From contig NC_042997.1 of assembly GCF_006345805.1 (NCBI RefSeq), forward strand, positions 189,658,001 to 189,722,000: DNA of 64,000 nt. Reading direction: 5' to 3'. Below, piece by piece: positions 23,394 through 35,756 of the stretch. The notes beneath the pieces are model-generated. The model was given only the letters and a program-made list of their open reading frames with translations. It was not told the DNA's origin and made no database searches. The position numbers and the translations under genes are program-made. Numbering within the stretch: the stretch's first letter is position 1; each line of letters opens with the position of its first letter. This DNA is from Octopus sinensis. Its lineage: Eukaryota.

Positions 23394-23398
<5 letters not shown>
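23185..23398 (+). mobile_element. SINE-H 3' part
   Basis: Same tail. Confidence 0.8.
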
Positions 23399-23461
<63 letters not shown>

Positions 23462-23514
23462 AAGAGACCATAATTCAGGGTAAAGGTGCACTCATATTGT
23501 CAATAGAGTAAGTA

Positions 23515-23821
23515 TATTATCCGAAATGTACTGCATTATGTTTCCATCATGGTTGATCTTACCAATCGGTTTCGTACAAGTAATACAATGGAGTGTTAGT
23601 TAACAATATGATTATATAACCATACGCTCATCAGAACAGCCAGTATGGAAGGGAATATGGCGATCATTCCTTTGCCATATTCCTTTCCAAACCAGCTAAC
23701 TCTGATGAGTGTAAGGTTATATAATCGGATTGTTACCTAACACTCCATTGTAATCTTTGTGCGAAACCTATTGGTAAAATTAACCGTGGTGGGTATATAA
23801 TACTGTACATTTTGGATAATA
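23515..23821. repeat. 307-bp imperfect palindrome carrying two divergent hammerhead cores
   Basis: About 145-bp arms. CTGATGA..GAAACC(N4)GGTA on + (23702-23776) and on - (23634-23560). Confidence 0.8.
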
Positions 23822-23879
23822 CGTGTATGTGTGTGTATGTTTATTCCCCACTGCCGCTTGAGTAACAGTGTTGGTTAGT

Positions 23880-24145
23880 ATAGGTTGTCAAGCAATACTA
23901 GGGGGACAAAGACAGACACACAAACATACACAAACACACACACACATATATATACATGCATATATACGATGGGCTTCTTTCAGTTTCCGTAAATTTGCGG
24001 TTCGCCAAAAGAACCCAATAGAATAAGTGCCAGACTTACAGATAATGTAATAGAGACGATTTATTAAACTAAAATCCTTTGAAAGTGGTGCCCCAGCATG
24101 GCCGGCCGCAGATTAATTCCTGAAAACAAGTAAAAGACAAAAAAT
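23880..24145. mobile_element. Rearranged SINE-A fragments
   Basis: Minus-strand middle part followed by a plus-strand tail. Confidence 0.6.
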
Positions 24146-24218
24146 ATAATCTTACCACGGTCACCTTTATTATGTCTCACTCAATCAAAATTAACTGAGT
24201 TTGTTTATTGTTATTAGA

Positions 24219-24632
24219 AGGGAGTGGCTGTGTGGTAAGTAGCTTGTTTACCAACCACATGGTTCTGGGTTCAGTCCCACTGCGTGGCACCTTGGGCAAG
24301 TGTCTTCTACTATAGCCTTGGGCCAACCAAAGCCTTGTGAGTGGATTTGGTAGACGGAAACTGAAAGAAGCCCATCGTATATATGCATGTATATATATAT
24401 ATGTGTGTATGTGTGTATGTTTGTGTGTCTGTCTTTGTCCCCCTAGTATTGCTTGACAACCTATGCTGGTGTGTTTATGTCCCCGTTACTTAGCGGTTCG
24501 GCAAAAGAGATCGATAGAATAAGTACTGGGCTTACAAAGAATAAGTCCCGGGGTCGAGTTGCTCGATTAAAGGCGGTGCTCCAGCATGGCCGCAGTCAAC
24601 TGACTGAAACAAGTAAAAGAGTAAAAGAGTAA
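24219..24632 (+). mobile_element. SINE-A full length
   Basis: Matches SINE-A. Confidence 0.9.
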
Positions 24633-24832
24633 AGCCGATGTTTATAAACAAGGTAATTCTATCTCGTTTAAAATCATTTTTATTTCATTGCTTCTCTCCA
24701 TTAGATTTGAACTCGGAACGAAATAGTTGTAAATTAAATATCCCAATGCATTGAACTCGGCATGTTTCAAATTCTGTCGTCTCCATTCTCCCGATTAAAT
24801 TTAAGATCTGAAACCTGTCCTGACTATATATA

Positions 24833-25055
24833 TTTCTTTATTGCCCACAAGGGGCTAAACACAGAGGGGACAAACAAGGACAGACAAAGGGATTAAGTCG
24901 ATTACATCGACCCCAGTGTGTAACTGGTACTTAATTTATCGACCCCGAAAGGATGAAAGGCAAAGTCGACCTCGGCAGAATTTGAACTCAGAACGTAGCT
25001 GCAGACAAAATACGGCTACGCATTTCGCCCGGCGTGCTAACGTTTCTGCCAGCTA
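24833..25055 (-). mobile_element. SINE-B
   Basis: Matches SINE-B. Confidence 0.9.
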
Positions 25056-25204
25056 TTCAATGAATACTTGCACTAAGTAACGAATAAAATGTACTAAGGG
25101 AAGCTACTCTATAAAATATTATAAGAGTTATCGTTATGGTTCCGAGTTGCTTAATTTTATTTTCTAAAATAAAAATAAAGACCCCTAAAAATAAAAGTTT
25201 CATT

Positions 25205-25530
25205 TTGATCATTTACTCGTTTCATTCATTGGTCTGCTGCCATGCTGGGGCACCAACTTGAAGTGTTTAGTCGAACAAATCGACGCCAATACTTTTTTTT
25301 ATTATTTATTTTTTTACTTATTACTTATGCTATCGGTATATTTTGCCAAACGGTTTAAGTTAGGGGACGTAGACAAACACCCGTTATCGCTTATTTCTGT
25401 TTCCGGCTACCAAATCCACTCGATCCATGGCTATAGTAGAAGACCCTTCCTCAAGGTGCTGTGCAGTGAGAATGAACTAAATAAGTGTGGTGAAGAAGCA
25501 AATTTCTTAACTACACAGCTACGCCTGCGC
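25205..25530 (-). mobile_element. SINE-A, old and degenerate
   Basis: Diverged match. Confidence 0.65.
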
Positions 25531-26712
25531 TTAGAATGATATTATATGTCTGTGTATCAACATTTTCAATTGAGTTTTATTTGCCATTAACAACTATTTA
25601 TTTAAGTCACTGTCGTACTTGCAAGAGAAAAAAATATTTTCAAGTGGAGAGGAAGCATTGGAGAGAGTCATCTTGTGTTGGATGTTGAAAAGATTATAGT
25701 GAGACAGATACAGGTGTCTAGCTGTAGAGGGAGTACAAAGTTACCTGCCGGAGAGAGAAAGATCAGGAATGAAGACAGAAAGAGGTGGGACAATGTATTT
25801 TTCATTTCCCATCATTGAAAAATAAAATTACAGTAAAATTAGTAGAAATGCCCAAAACAGTGAAGTTCAAAGTGACTGGTTTAGTCGCGATAAAATTCGA
25901 ATTCAAATCTTACCTGAGCTAAAACTAACCATTGATTTTTTTTTTCCTTTTTTCTTTTAATTTTCTTTTCGTTTTATTTACTAAGAAATACTTTAAAAGG
26001 ATAAAAAAAGAGAAAATAAAAGAAAACAGAGGGGGAAACAATGGGAGACGGAGGAGATGGGGCGATGGGTCACATATCCCATAACATGTAGGGTGCTCAG
26101 CTGCACCCCGCGCAAGCGACCGCGATGGTGTTGCCGCGGAGAATGGCTAGCGATACTCGCTGTAGTAGCCGCTCCACCTCGCAGGGCTAATTTCTCCGAC
26201 AAGCCGCTGTTATCCGTATTTTGCGGATGAAATCGACAGTACACCTGACGTCTCGACGGCTACCCAGGTCTTAGTTCCTTCCATACAATCGGCTTATAAA
26301 TTGGGCAGCAAGATATATCCAGTAATTCTGGTTTTCAGCATCGTCGCCTGCATCTTCCTAGGTGATGCTAAGTTGTGTCTGATCTTCTTGGGTCTCTCCC
26401 ACTTTCCTCGCCGTAGCGTCATCCCTCTAGTTTTGACCCTCCGCAAAATCCCAAATTTTATTTAATTTGCTTTGCGGGAGCAACTGTTTTATCGAAAGCG
26501 TATATTGTTGTTAAATGCTCGAAATATGAAAGTAGAGTAACAAGCAACATTGACGAAGGGTCGTTCTTTATGTTGTTTGTTTTGTTTTCCATTTGTGTCT
26601 TTCGTTGTTCAGAAGAATAGTTCATGCTCCATGTACTAGTGCTTCGTACTTTCTTGTTAAACACGTTTCATGACGTCCTGTACCCACATATGCTAATATA
26701 TATATATATATA

Positions 26713-26990
26713 TGGCCTAGTGGTTAGGGCAGCGGACTCGCGGTTTCGATTCCCAGACCGGGCGTTGTGAGTGTTTATTGAGTGAAAACACCTAAAAGCT
26801 CCACGAGTCTCCGGCAGGGGGTGGTGATCCCTGCTGTACTCTTTCACCACTCTTTCTCTCCCTCTTTCTTCTGTTGGCCTGCTCGCTTAGCCAGCGGGGT
26901 GGCGTCATTCGAAGGCTAAAACAATGCGAACGCATTGTGACCAGCGATGTGTAACAACATCTGATGGTCTGGTCGGTCACGTGATGGTGA
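26713..26990 (+). mobile_element. SINE head C plus tail F
   Basis: Tail ends CCAGCGATGTGTAACAACATCTGATGGTCTGGTCGGTCACGTGAT. Confidence 0.85.
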
Positions 26991-27552
26991 TATATATATA
27001 TAACGTTTAGATATAAGTATGTACATATACGTATGTATATATGCATATATATATTATTTATATTATATATGTATATATGTATGTATATATATGTATATAT
27101 GTGTGTGAATACAAACACACACACGAGCATATGTATGTGTGTGTATTTCTGTGTGCGTTTTTGTTGCGCTGAAAACATGATAGCGTCCGCTTTCCAACAC
27201 TTTTAAAATTAAAAGTTTTTCATATTTTCCTCCAAATTTCCTTGCGGATTATTCAGGATCATTATTATGGTCTATATTAATATGGTCACATTTTCCTGAA
27301 GAAGTGATCAGCATATGAACTGCTGCTATTTCATCCAGAAGACGAGACTAAGAGAGGTTGAAAAAATTGATAATGTATTTGAGAACATTACACTTCTAAT
27401 CAGTGTGGAAGAAGCCCAAACGAAATTGTGAAAAAATAAGTTCCAATAAAAACGATGAAATTGGAACAGTTTTCTATATATAAAATACAAGCTGTAAGGT
27501 CCTTAAGGGTATTTCCAATGCTGCACTGAACCCTAGTTTATGGGTACCTACA

Positions 27553-27906
27553 GAGGGCAGAAGAAGCGCTACAAGGATAGTCTCAAGGTCTCTCTCAAAG
27601 ACTTCTCCATCGGAACAGAGACCTGGGAGGACACTTGCTGCCAACCGCTCATCCTGGCGCAGCGCAATCACCGTGGAGCAGGGACAGCCGAGGAGGGACG
27701 GATTCGGTCAGCGGGAGCAGAAACGTCAGATGCGTAAAGCCAGAGAGCCGCCTGCACCAGTAGCACGGCCCCTACCCACTTCTGCCCCACCTGTGGAGGG
27801 GCTTCCTTGCCCGGATTGGCCTCACCAGCCACCTCCGGTCTCATGGCGCCAGTTCCATCAGATGATGTCAGTTGGTCATCTTCGAACCGAAGGACGAACA
27901 TTATTA
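27553..27906 (+). mobile_element. 5'-truncated RTE-type LINE insertion with 15-bp TSD
   Basis: GQKKRYKDSLK..TWED..SWR, CPTCG..FLARIGLTSHLRSH zinc knuckle, (TTA)n tail; TSD TTATGGGTACCTACA at 27538-27552 and 27907-27921. Confidence 0.9.
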
Positions 27907-28349
27907 TTATGGGTACCTACACACTTAAATTTCAGTCTTAAGTGAGATCGAAATTCTTGTGGTGTAGAAAATCCTGGTGTCACATTGGTAAAATCAATGT
28001 GTGGCTCTAGCGAAGAGTGAAATAACCAATGTACAACTCTTGGCTGACGCACAATGTAAGAGCGTACTTTTTGATGCAAGTCTGATGAAGTGGCACTATA
28101 CCGCAAATATTACGTAACATTTCACATGGAACTTTTGCGTGCAATGTGTGTAAAAAACAAAGTGGTACAGAAACAGTTATAATTAGTCATTAAAGATGCG
28201 CTAAACTCTGTCTTCTTATTTGGATTGTAAAATATACGTATGTAAGCATGGATGTATGCACATATGTATGTGATTGATGAAAGAATCCAAAAGAAAAAAT
28301 ACTAAGAATAGTCTGTCATTTAAGTTCAATATCTGCTGTATTGTTGTAG

Positions 28350-28747
28350 GGGTAGGAGTGGCTGTGTAGTAAGTAGCTTGCTTACAAACTACATGGTTCC
28401 AGGTTCAGTCCCACTACGTGGCACCTTGGGCACGTTCTTTACCATAACCTCGGGCCGACCAAAGCGTTGTGATTGGATTTGGTTGACGGAAACTGAAAGA
28501 AGCCCGTCGTATATGTGTGTATATATATGTATGTGTGTTTGTATTTGTTTGTGTGTCTGTGTTTGTCCTCCCCAACATCGTTTGATAACAGTTGCTGGTG
28601 TGTTTACATCCAGTAACTTAGCGGTTCGGCAAAAGAGACCGATAGAATAAGTACTAGGCTTACAAAGAATAAGTACTGGGGTCGAATTGCTCGACTAAAG
28701 GCGGTGCTCCAGCATGGCCGTGGTCAAATGACTGAAAAGAGTAAAAG
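28350..28747 (+). mobile_element. SINE-A full length
   Basis: Matches SINE-A. Confidence 0.9.
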
Positions 28748-28752
28748 TGTAT

Positions 28753-28830
<78 letters not shown>

Positions 28831-28835
28831 TATAA

Positions 28836-29066
28836 AGGCGATGAGCTGGCAGAAACGTTAGCACGCCGGGCGAAATGCTTAGCGGTATTTCGTCTGTCGT
28901 TACGTTGTGAGTTCAAATTCCGCCGAGGTCGACTTTGCCTTTCATCCTTTCGGGGTCGATAAATTAAGTACCAGTTACACACTGGGGTCGATGTAATCGA
29001 CTTAATCCGTTTGTCTGTCCTTGTTTGTCCCCTCTATGTTTAGCCCCTTGTGGGTAGTAAAGAAAT
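28836..29066 (+). mobile_element. SINE-B in (TA)n
   Basis: Matches SINE-B. Confidence 0.9.
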
Positions 29067-29295
29067 ATATATATATATACACAAATATATATAAACCAGA
29101 AGTGATTCGAGCATATGAAACTTAATAAGCCTTGATGACACCGCTATTTGAATATACACACTCTTTGCTCTCTTTAGTGCGTTGCATTATTTCATTTCGT
29201 TTGTCGAGCATTTCACCGACACCAAGTGGAAGAAAATGCATACAGGAATTGTATGGCAGTCCGAAATCTAATACAAATAAAGATATACTCTCTTT

Positions 29296-29703
29296 ACTCT
29301 CTCTCTCTTTTACTTGTTTCAGTCAGTTGACTGCGGCCATGCTGGAGCACCGCCTTTAGTCGGGCAACTCGTCCCCGGGACTTATTCTTTGTAAGCCCAG
29401 TACTTATTCTATCGGTCTCTTTGGCGAACCGCTAAGTAACGGGGACATAAACACACCAGCATCGGTTGTCAAGCAATGCTAGGGGGACAAACACATACAC
29501 AAACATACACGCACACACATATATATATATACATATATACGACGGGCTTCTTTCAGTTTCCGTCTACCAAATCCACTCACAAGGCTTTGGTCGGCCTGAG
29601 GCTATAGTGGAAGACACTTTCCCAAGGTGCCACGCAGTGGGACTGAACCCGGAACCATGTGGTTGGTAAGCAAGCTACTTACCACACAGCCATTCCTGCG
29701 CCT
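29296..29703 (-). mobile_element. SINE-A full length
   Basis: Matches SINE-A. Confidence 0.9.
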
Positions 29704-29824
29704 ATATCGTAGTTTGTATTATATTGCACCCTTTGTAGACGCGCATCTTAGCCGGTATTTGTGTGTAGCTAAATGTCTCGAATCACACGCAACCCGCTTG
29801 TATAAAAACATATTATTTATTTTT

Positions 29825-30137
29825 ATTTATGCGCCCTTTTCAAGCCTAGCCAGGCTCATGGGCTCGGTTTCCCGGTTTCTGTGGCGTATGTGTTTCCCCA
29901 CCAGCTGGACGGGACGCCAGTCCATCGCAGCGTTACTCAAGAAACAGGAAGAGAGAGAGTGAGAGAAAGTTGACGCGAAAGAGTACAACAGGGGTCACCA
30001 CTACCCCCTGCTGGAGCCTCGTGGAGCTTTTGGGTGTTTCGCTCAATAAACACACACACACTGCTCGGTCTGAGAATCGAAACCGCGATTCTCCGACCGC
30101 GAGTCCACTGCCCTAACCACTGGGCCATTGTGCCTCC
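29825..30137 (-). mobile_element. SINE head C plus tail G
   Basis: Tail GCGATGGACTGGCGTCCCGTCCAG..GCCCATGAGCCTGGCTAGGC..GGGCGCAT. Confidence 0.85.
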
Positions 30138-30202
30138 ATAAAAACATATACTGCATGAAATGTTTCCTTTTGGATTTTATTAAAAAAAAAAGAAAGAAAA
30201 CA

Positions 30203-30526
30203 AAGTAGCTTGCTTACAAACTACATGGTTCCGGGTTCAGTCCCATTGCGTGACACCTTGGGCACGTTCTTTACTATAGCCTCGGGCCGACCAAAGCGTT
30301 GTGAGTGGATTTGATTGACGGAAACTGAAAGAAGCCCGTCGTATATGTGTGTATATATATGTATGTGTGTTTGTATATGTTTGTGTGTCTGTGTTTGTCC
30401 TCCCCAACATCGCTTGATAGCTGTTGCTGGTGTGTTTACATCCAGTAACTTAGCGGTTCGGCAAAAGAGACCGATAGAATAAGTACTAGGCTTACAAAGA
30501 ATAAGTACTGGGGTCGAATTGCTCAA
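30203..30526 (+). mobile_element. SINE-A truncated at both ends
   Basis: Shares private variants with 28350-28747. Confidence 0.9.
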
Positions 30527-30859
30527 CTGGAACTTATTTGTCCAGAAGATTGCTCCACCAGAAATTATCAATGGTTAAATGCATACAGTGACATTTAGGT
30601 TATTAGAACCAACAGGCAAATCTCTCATAAATTACACGATTAGCTCTTCAGGATGGAGAGAATACATTGGATAAGGAGTTCTTGAAAAGCTCTAAAAATA
30701 CAGAATTGGCTGGAACAGCTTTGATTATATATTTGCTTGTTCGGGACTGGCGTTGAGTTGAACGAAAATAACAGTAACAACAACAACAACAACTGCGTGA
30801 ATATCGTCCCAAATTCATTTCTCCTTTTGTCAAAGAAGTAATCATTGTGAATTGTTACG

Positions 30860-31575
30860 AGGCGCAGGAGTGGCTGTGTGGTAAGTAGCTTGCTTACCAA
30901 CCACATGGTTCTGGGTTCAGTCCCACTGCGGTGCATCTTGGGCAAGTGTCTTCTGCTATAGCATCGGGCCAACCAAAGCCTTGTGAGTGGATTTGGTAGA
31001 TGGAAACTGAAAGAAGCTCGTCATATGTATATATGTGTGTATGTGTGTGTGTGTGTGGAGGCAGATTGGCCCAGTAGTTAGGGCAGCGGACTCGCAGCCG
31101 TAGGATTGCGATTTCGATTCCAAGAAAAGGCATTGTGAGTGTTTATTGAGCGAAAACACCTAAAGCTCCATGAGGCTCCAGGAGGGGGTGGTGGTTATCC
31201 CTGCTGTACTCTTTCGCCACAATTTTCTCTCACTCTTTCTTCTGTTGGCCGGCTCGCTTAGCCAGCGGGGGTGGCTAAAACAATGCGAAGCGCATTGTGA
31301 CCAGCGATGTGTAACGATATCTGATAGCCTGGTCGGTCACGGTGATATATATGTATGTGTGTATATGTTTGTGTGTCTGTGTGTGTTCCCCCAACATCAC
31401 TTGTCAACTGATGGTGGTGTGTTTACGTCCCCGTAACTTAGCGGTTCGGGAAAAGAGACCGATAGAATAAGTACTAGGCTTCCAAAGAATAAGTCCTGGA
31501 GTCGATTTGCTTGACTAAAAGACGGTGCTCCAGCATGGCTGCAGTCAAATGACTGAAACAAGTAAAAGAGTAAAG
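30860..31575 (+). mobile_element. SINE-A split by a SINE-C (about 31050-31345) in its spacer
   Basis: A head, then C element, then A tail. Confidence 0.85.
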
Positions 31576-32292
31576 AGCGTATGTTTTGAATGTAAATTAA
31601 GAGTTAACTGTTATTTGAATGCAATTACATTTAAATGTAAATTAGGATTAAATGAATTTAGAAGGAAATTAAAATTAATGATATACGTCTATGTGTAAGA
31701 AAGAAAACAAGTATTTTGGTTTCAAGCTAGTAAAAATGCCTCCGGAATTTATGACACAAATTTCAGTAGAAGAGTATGTTTATTAAGAATTTAAATATTT
31801 AGAATAAATAATATATCGATGTATGTTTGAGTTTCTCTTTTGTGATAACCTTAGGTTCTTATTCACAAACTTGTTCGCAATGAGTTTAAATATGTATAGA
31901 AAACTTTAACTGAACTTCATACATTCTCGAAGCTATTTTATCGACTTTGTACCAGATAATTGGTCAACGTATAAATAAAAAATCACACGACCAGCAACAT
32001 CATAACTAACTGGACTATAATAACTTTTGTAAAAACTAGTATACCCGTACCGTTAAAAAAAGAAATAAGCCAAAAATGTTATTTGATCATGCATCGACAT
32101 AACATACACTCCATAAAGCTGTTATCAGCTTGTATATTAAGAAAAGCTAAATTGTTATTGAAAATACTTTGAAGGATTGGATCCAAAGAGAATTAGATAT
32201 AAATTAAATATAGATTACTTTAAAATCTTATTAAGGTTAGAACTATAAGACCTTCTCTAGATTTCTCTAACCGTCATTTTATTAAATGGCTT

Positions 32293-32702
32293 AGGAGTGG
32301 CTGTGTGGTAAATAGCTTGCTTACCAACCACATCGTTCCGGGTTCAGTCCCATTGCGTGGCACCTTGGGAAAGTGTCTTCTACTATAGCCTCGGACCGGC
32401 CAAAGCCTTGTGAGTGGATTTGGTAGACGGAAACTGAAAGAAGCCCGTCGTATATATGTATATGTATGTGTATATGTGTGTATATGTTTGTGTGTCTGTG
32501 TTTGTTTCCCCAACATCACTTGACAAGCGATGGAGGTGTGTTTACGTCCCCGTAACTTAGCGGTTCGGCACAAAAGAGACCGATAGAATAAGTACTAGGC
32601 TTACAAAGAATAAGTCCTGGGATCGATTTGCTCGACTAAAAAGGTGGTGCTCCAGCATGGCTGCAGTCAAATGACTGAGACAAGTAAAAGAATAAAAGAA
32701 CA
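32293..32702 (+). mobile_element. SINE-A full length
   Basis: Matches SINE-A. Confidence 0.9.
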
Positions 32703-32829
32703 GAATAAACTGAGGAGCCTGCGCCGTAAAAATTGAAAATAAAATGAAGCTTTAGTACAGAAAACTAGGTTTATTTTGAAATAGTGGGACTTACATTCAT
32801 AAAATTCGTATTGAGCACTCATAAAAATA

Positions 32830-33212
32830 AATAAATGCGCCCTTTTTAAAGCCTATCCAGGCTCATGGGCCCGGTTTCCCGGTTTCAATGGCGTATATGT
32901 TCCCCAGCTGGACGGGACGCCAGTCCATCGCAGCGTTACTACTTTTTGCCAGATGAGTGGACTGGAGCAACGTGAAATGAAGTGTTTTGCTCAAGAACAC
33001 AATGCGTCGCCCGGTCCAGGAATCGAAACCACAATCTTGCGATCATGAAGCTGACACCCTAACCACTAAGCCACGCACCTCCACTGAGCCCTTTTAAAGC
33101 CTAGCCAGGCTCATGGGCCCGGTTTCCCGGTTTCAATGGCGTATGTGTTCCCCACCTGGACGGGACGCCAGTCCATCGCAGCGTTACTCATTTTTGCCAG
33201 CTGAGTGGACTG
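32830..33212 (-). mobile_element. SINE head D plus tail G, with an adjacent 5'-truncated second copy
   Basis: Head GGAGGTGCGTGGCTTAGTGGTTAGGGTGTCAGC. Confidence 0.85.
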
Positions 33213-34396
33213 TAGATGGTGACTGCTGTGACTCCTTTAGGCCATAACTGCTTTAGGTACATGCTTCCGATCTTGACAAGCTCTAGCGATTTTGAGTTTT
33301 GGGGATTCCCTTTTGTCTTTCTGGAAGGAAAGGGTTAAAACCATATTATAGGCAGAAGATTCTTATTTTTGATTTCGTATTCCTGTTTTCTCCGCATGGC
33401 TTTTGATTGGTGATTCTCGAAAAAATTGATAAAATACGTTCATTTGTTGAAGTGTAGATATGTTATTTGAAGCAGCGAATTACTTTGTATAGAGTTTTCT
33501 TGCATATATTATAGTTTGTGATAGACACAAAGATCGTCAGGGATCGGCTAATTCCAGTTGTTATTTCACTGTTTGAATTATTTGTTTTACATTTACCAAC
33601 GTAGGACACAATTAGTTTCCTCAGATTAGAATTCAGATTCAATTGATTTCTTTTCTAAAGATACAGGATAGTCATGACTGGAATGCTTTAGGTCATGGGT
33701 CAGGTCATATCTGCTCAGTAACGGCTGACCCGAGGCTAAATGGTAACAGTAACATTAAGTATAATAGCGTAATTCCGTATCAGTTTTAAGTATGGCATAC
33801 CTGTGGTGTTGAAAGTATGAGCATCTTCCAAGATTTCAATCAACTACTTCCATGTATTAGGTCTGACTGTGATTCTTTCAACAACAACACAACAACAACA
33901 ACAACAGCAGCAGCTGAAACAAGCATAAAAACACCACCACCAACAACAACATAATTGGATGACAACGAAGAATGATTTCAAATTAATCTTTACCACTTAA
34001 GCAATTTTATCATAACAATAATCTAACAGCTTGTCTGTATATGATTCCAAAAGTCAATTCAGTAGTAATTTATTGACATTGTACTATTAAAAGTACAATG
34101 GAAATCTAATTGTTGCCTGGCTGCAATAACAATAATACTTTTCTGAACACGAATAGTGATAATAGATAATAATATACACACACAGACACACAAAAATAGC
34201 ACGCAATAATTTATTGTAAGAGCATAAATTCATAAGTAAGCAATACTATTATTCGAATCATTTTCAGGACATGGCTGGTATTTATTCTATACACTCCAGA
34301 GAAATTAAAAGCAAACTTAACCACAGTTTAATAAAGGTGTGTGCTTGCTGTTGGAATGTGGTTTTGTTATTTGGAGTTGTTATTGTGATATTGAGT

Positions 34397-34512
34397 GGAG
34401 GCACGTGGCTTAGTGGTTAGGGTGTCAGCATCATGATCGTAAGATTGTAGTTTCGATTCCTGGACCGGGCGACGCGTTGTGTTCTTGAGCAAAACACTTC
34501 ATTTCACGTTGG
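34397..34512 (+). mobile_element. SINE head D, 3'-truncated
   Basis: Matches head D. Confidence 0.8.
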
Positions 34513-34624
34513 GGAAAGATGTGCGAAGTAGAGGGGTTGGACTGGAGTCGCCGAAAGGCTCGGACAAATGGTGCGTTGGAGGGTCAGGGTGGAGCGTTGG
34601 AGGAGTAAGGTGGAGAGATGTTGA

Positions 34625-34838
34625 GGGAACAGACACAGATACACAAACATATACACACACATACACATATATATACATATATACGACGGGCTTCTTTCAG
34701 TTTCCGTCTACCAAATCTACTCACAAGGCTTTGGTTGGCCCGTGGTTATAGTAGAAGACACTTGCCCAAGGTCCCACGCAGTGGGACTGAACCCGGAACC
34801 ATGTGGTTGGTAAGCAAGCTACTTACCACACAGCCACT
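34625..34838 (-). mobile_element. SINE-A head
   Basis: Matches SINE-A. Confidence 0.85.
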
Positions 34839-35107
34839 CATTTGATATTAAAGTTGAAGGCTCTTCTGCTTAGCTGTAATCTCATCCCGTATATGTTATC
34901 TGTGATGATAACATTTTCTAGTTAATAAAATTTAAAAAAAAAAGATTTTAAAGTATTATAATGTATTTTCAATAATGTAGTATGTCGTTCCTTTCTAGTG
35001 TAAAGCACTGGAATTGTCAAATGTATTCTGTTAGAGCAGTGGCACTGAAAATGGAGTTAATAGGGCACATCAGTTCAAACCGAAGTTATTATTGTTGCAA
35101 TGTGAAT

Positions 35108-35425
35108 GTGCGTGGCTTAGTGGTTAGGGTATACGGCTCATGATGGTAAGGTCGTGAGTTCAATTCCTAATGGCAAGTTGTGTCATTGAGGAAGAGACTT
35201 CATTTCACGTTGTTCCTGTCTACTCAGCTGGCAAAAATGAGTAGTACCTGTATTTCAAAGGGCCAACCCTGTCACTCTCTGCGCCACCCTGAATCTCATT
35301 GAGAACTACGTTAAGGGCACACGTGTCTGTAGAGTGCTCAGTCACTTGCATGTTAATTTCACGAGCAGGTTGTACCGTTGATCGGATCAACTGGAACCCT
35401 CGTCGTCGTAACCGACGAAGTGCCA
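35108..35425 (+). mobile_element. SINE head D plus tail E
   Basis: Matches both modules. Confidence 0.85.
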
Positions 35426-35756
35426 GTTTTTATTGTTGCTATGGTATGCGATATTTTTGTACATTTTCGTACATTTTCGTACATTTTCGTGTTGTTTCAT
35501 TGTGTCTACTTGAGAATTTTTAAAAAGGAAGAAACAATCTTACCTTTCGGAGATTTTATTTTTGTTTCGCGAGCAAAGCTGTTGATCTCAGATTTCGTTC
35601 CAACGTGTTATTCTACAGTATGTTCATTTGAATAGTTTTTGTCTAACCATCATCGTTCGACTAGTATTCCAGCTGTGATTAGTATTCCTATCTTGTTTCT
35701 GGCATGTTATACCCAGGGCTTACTTCTCCATTATATTCATCTATTTGTAAAAGTGA

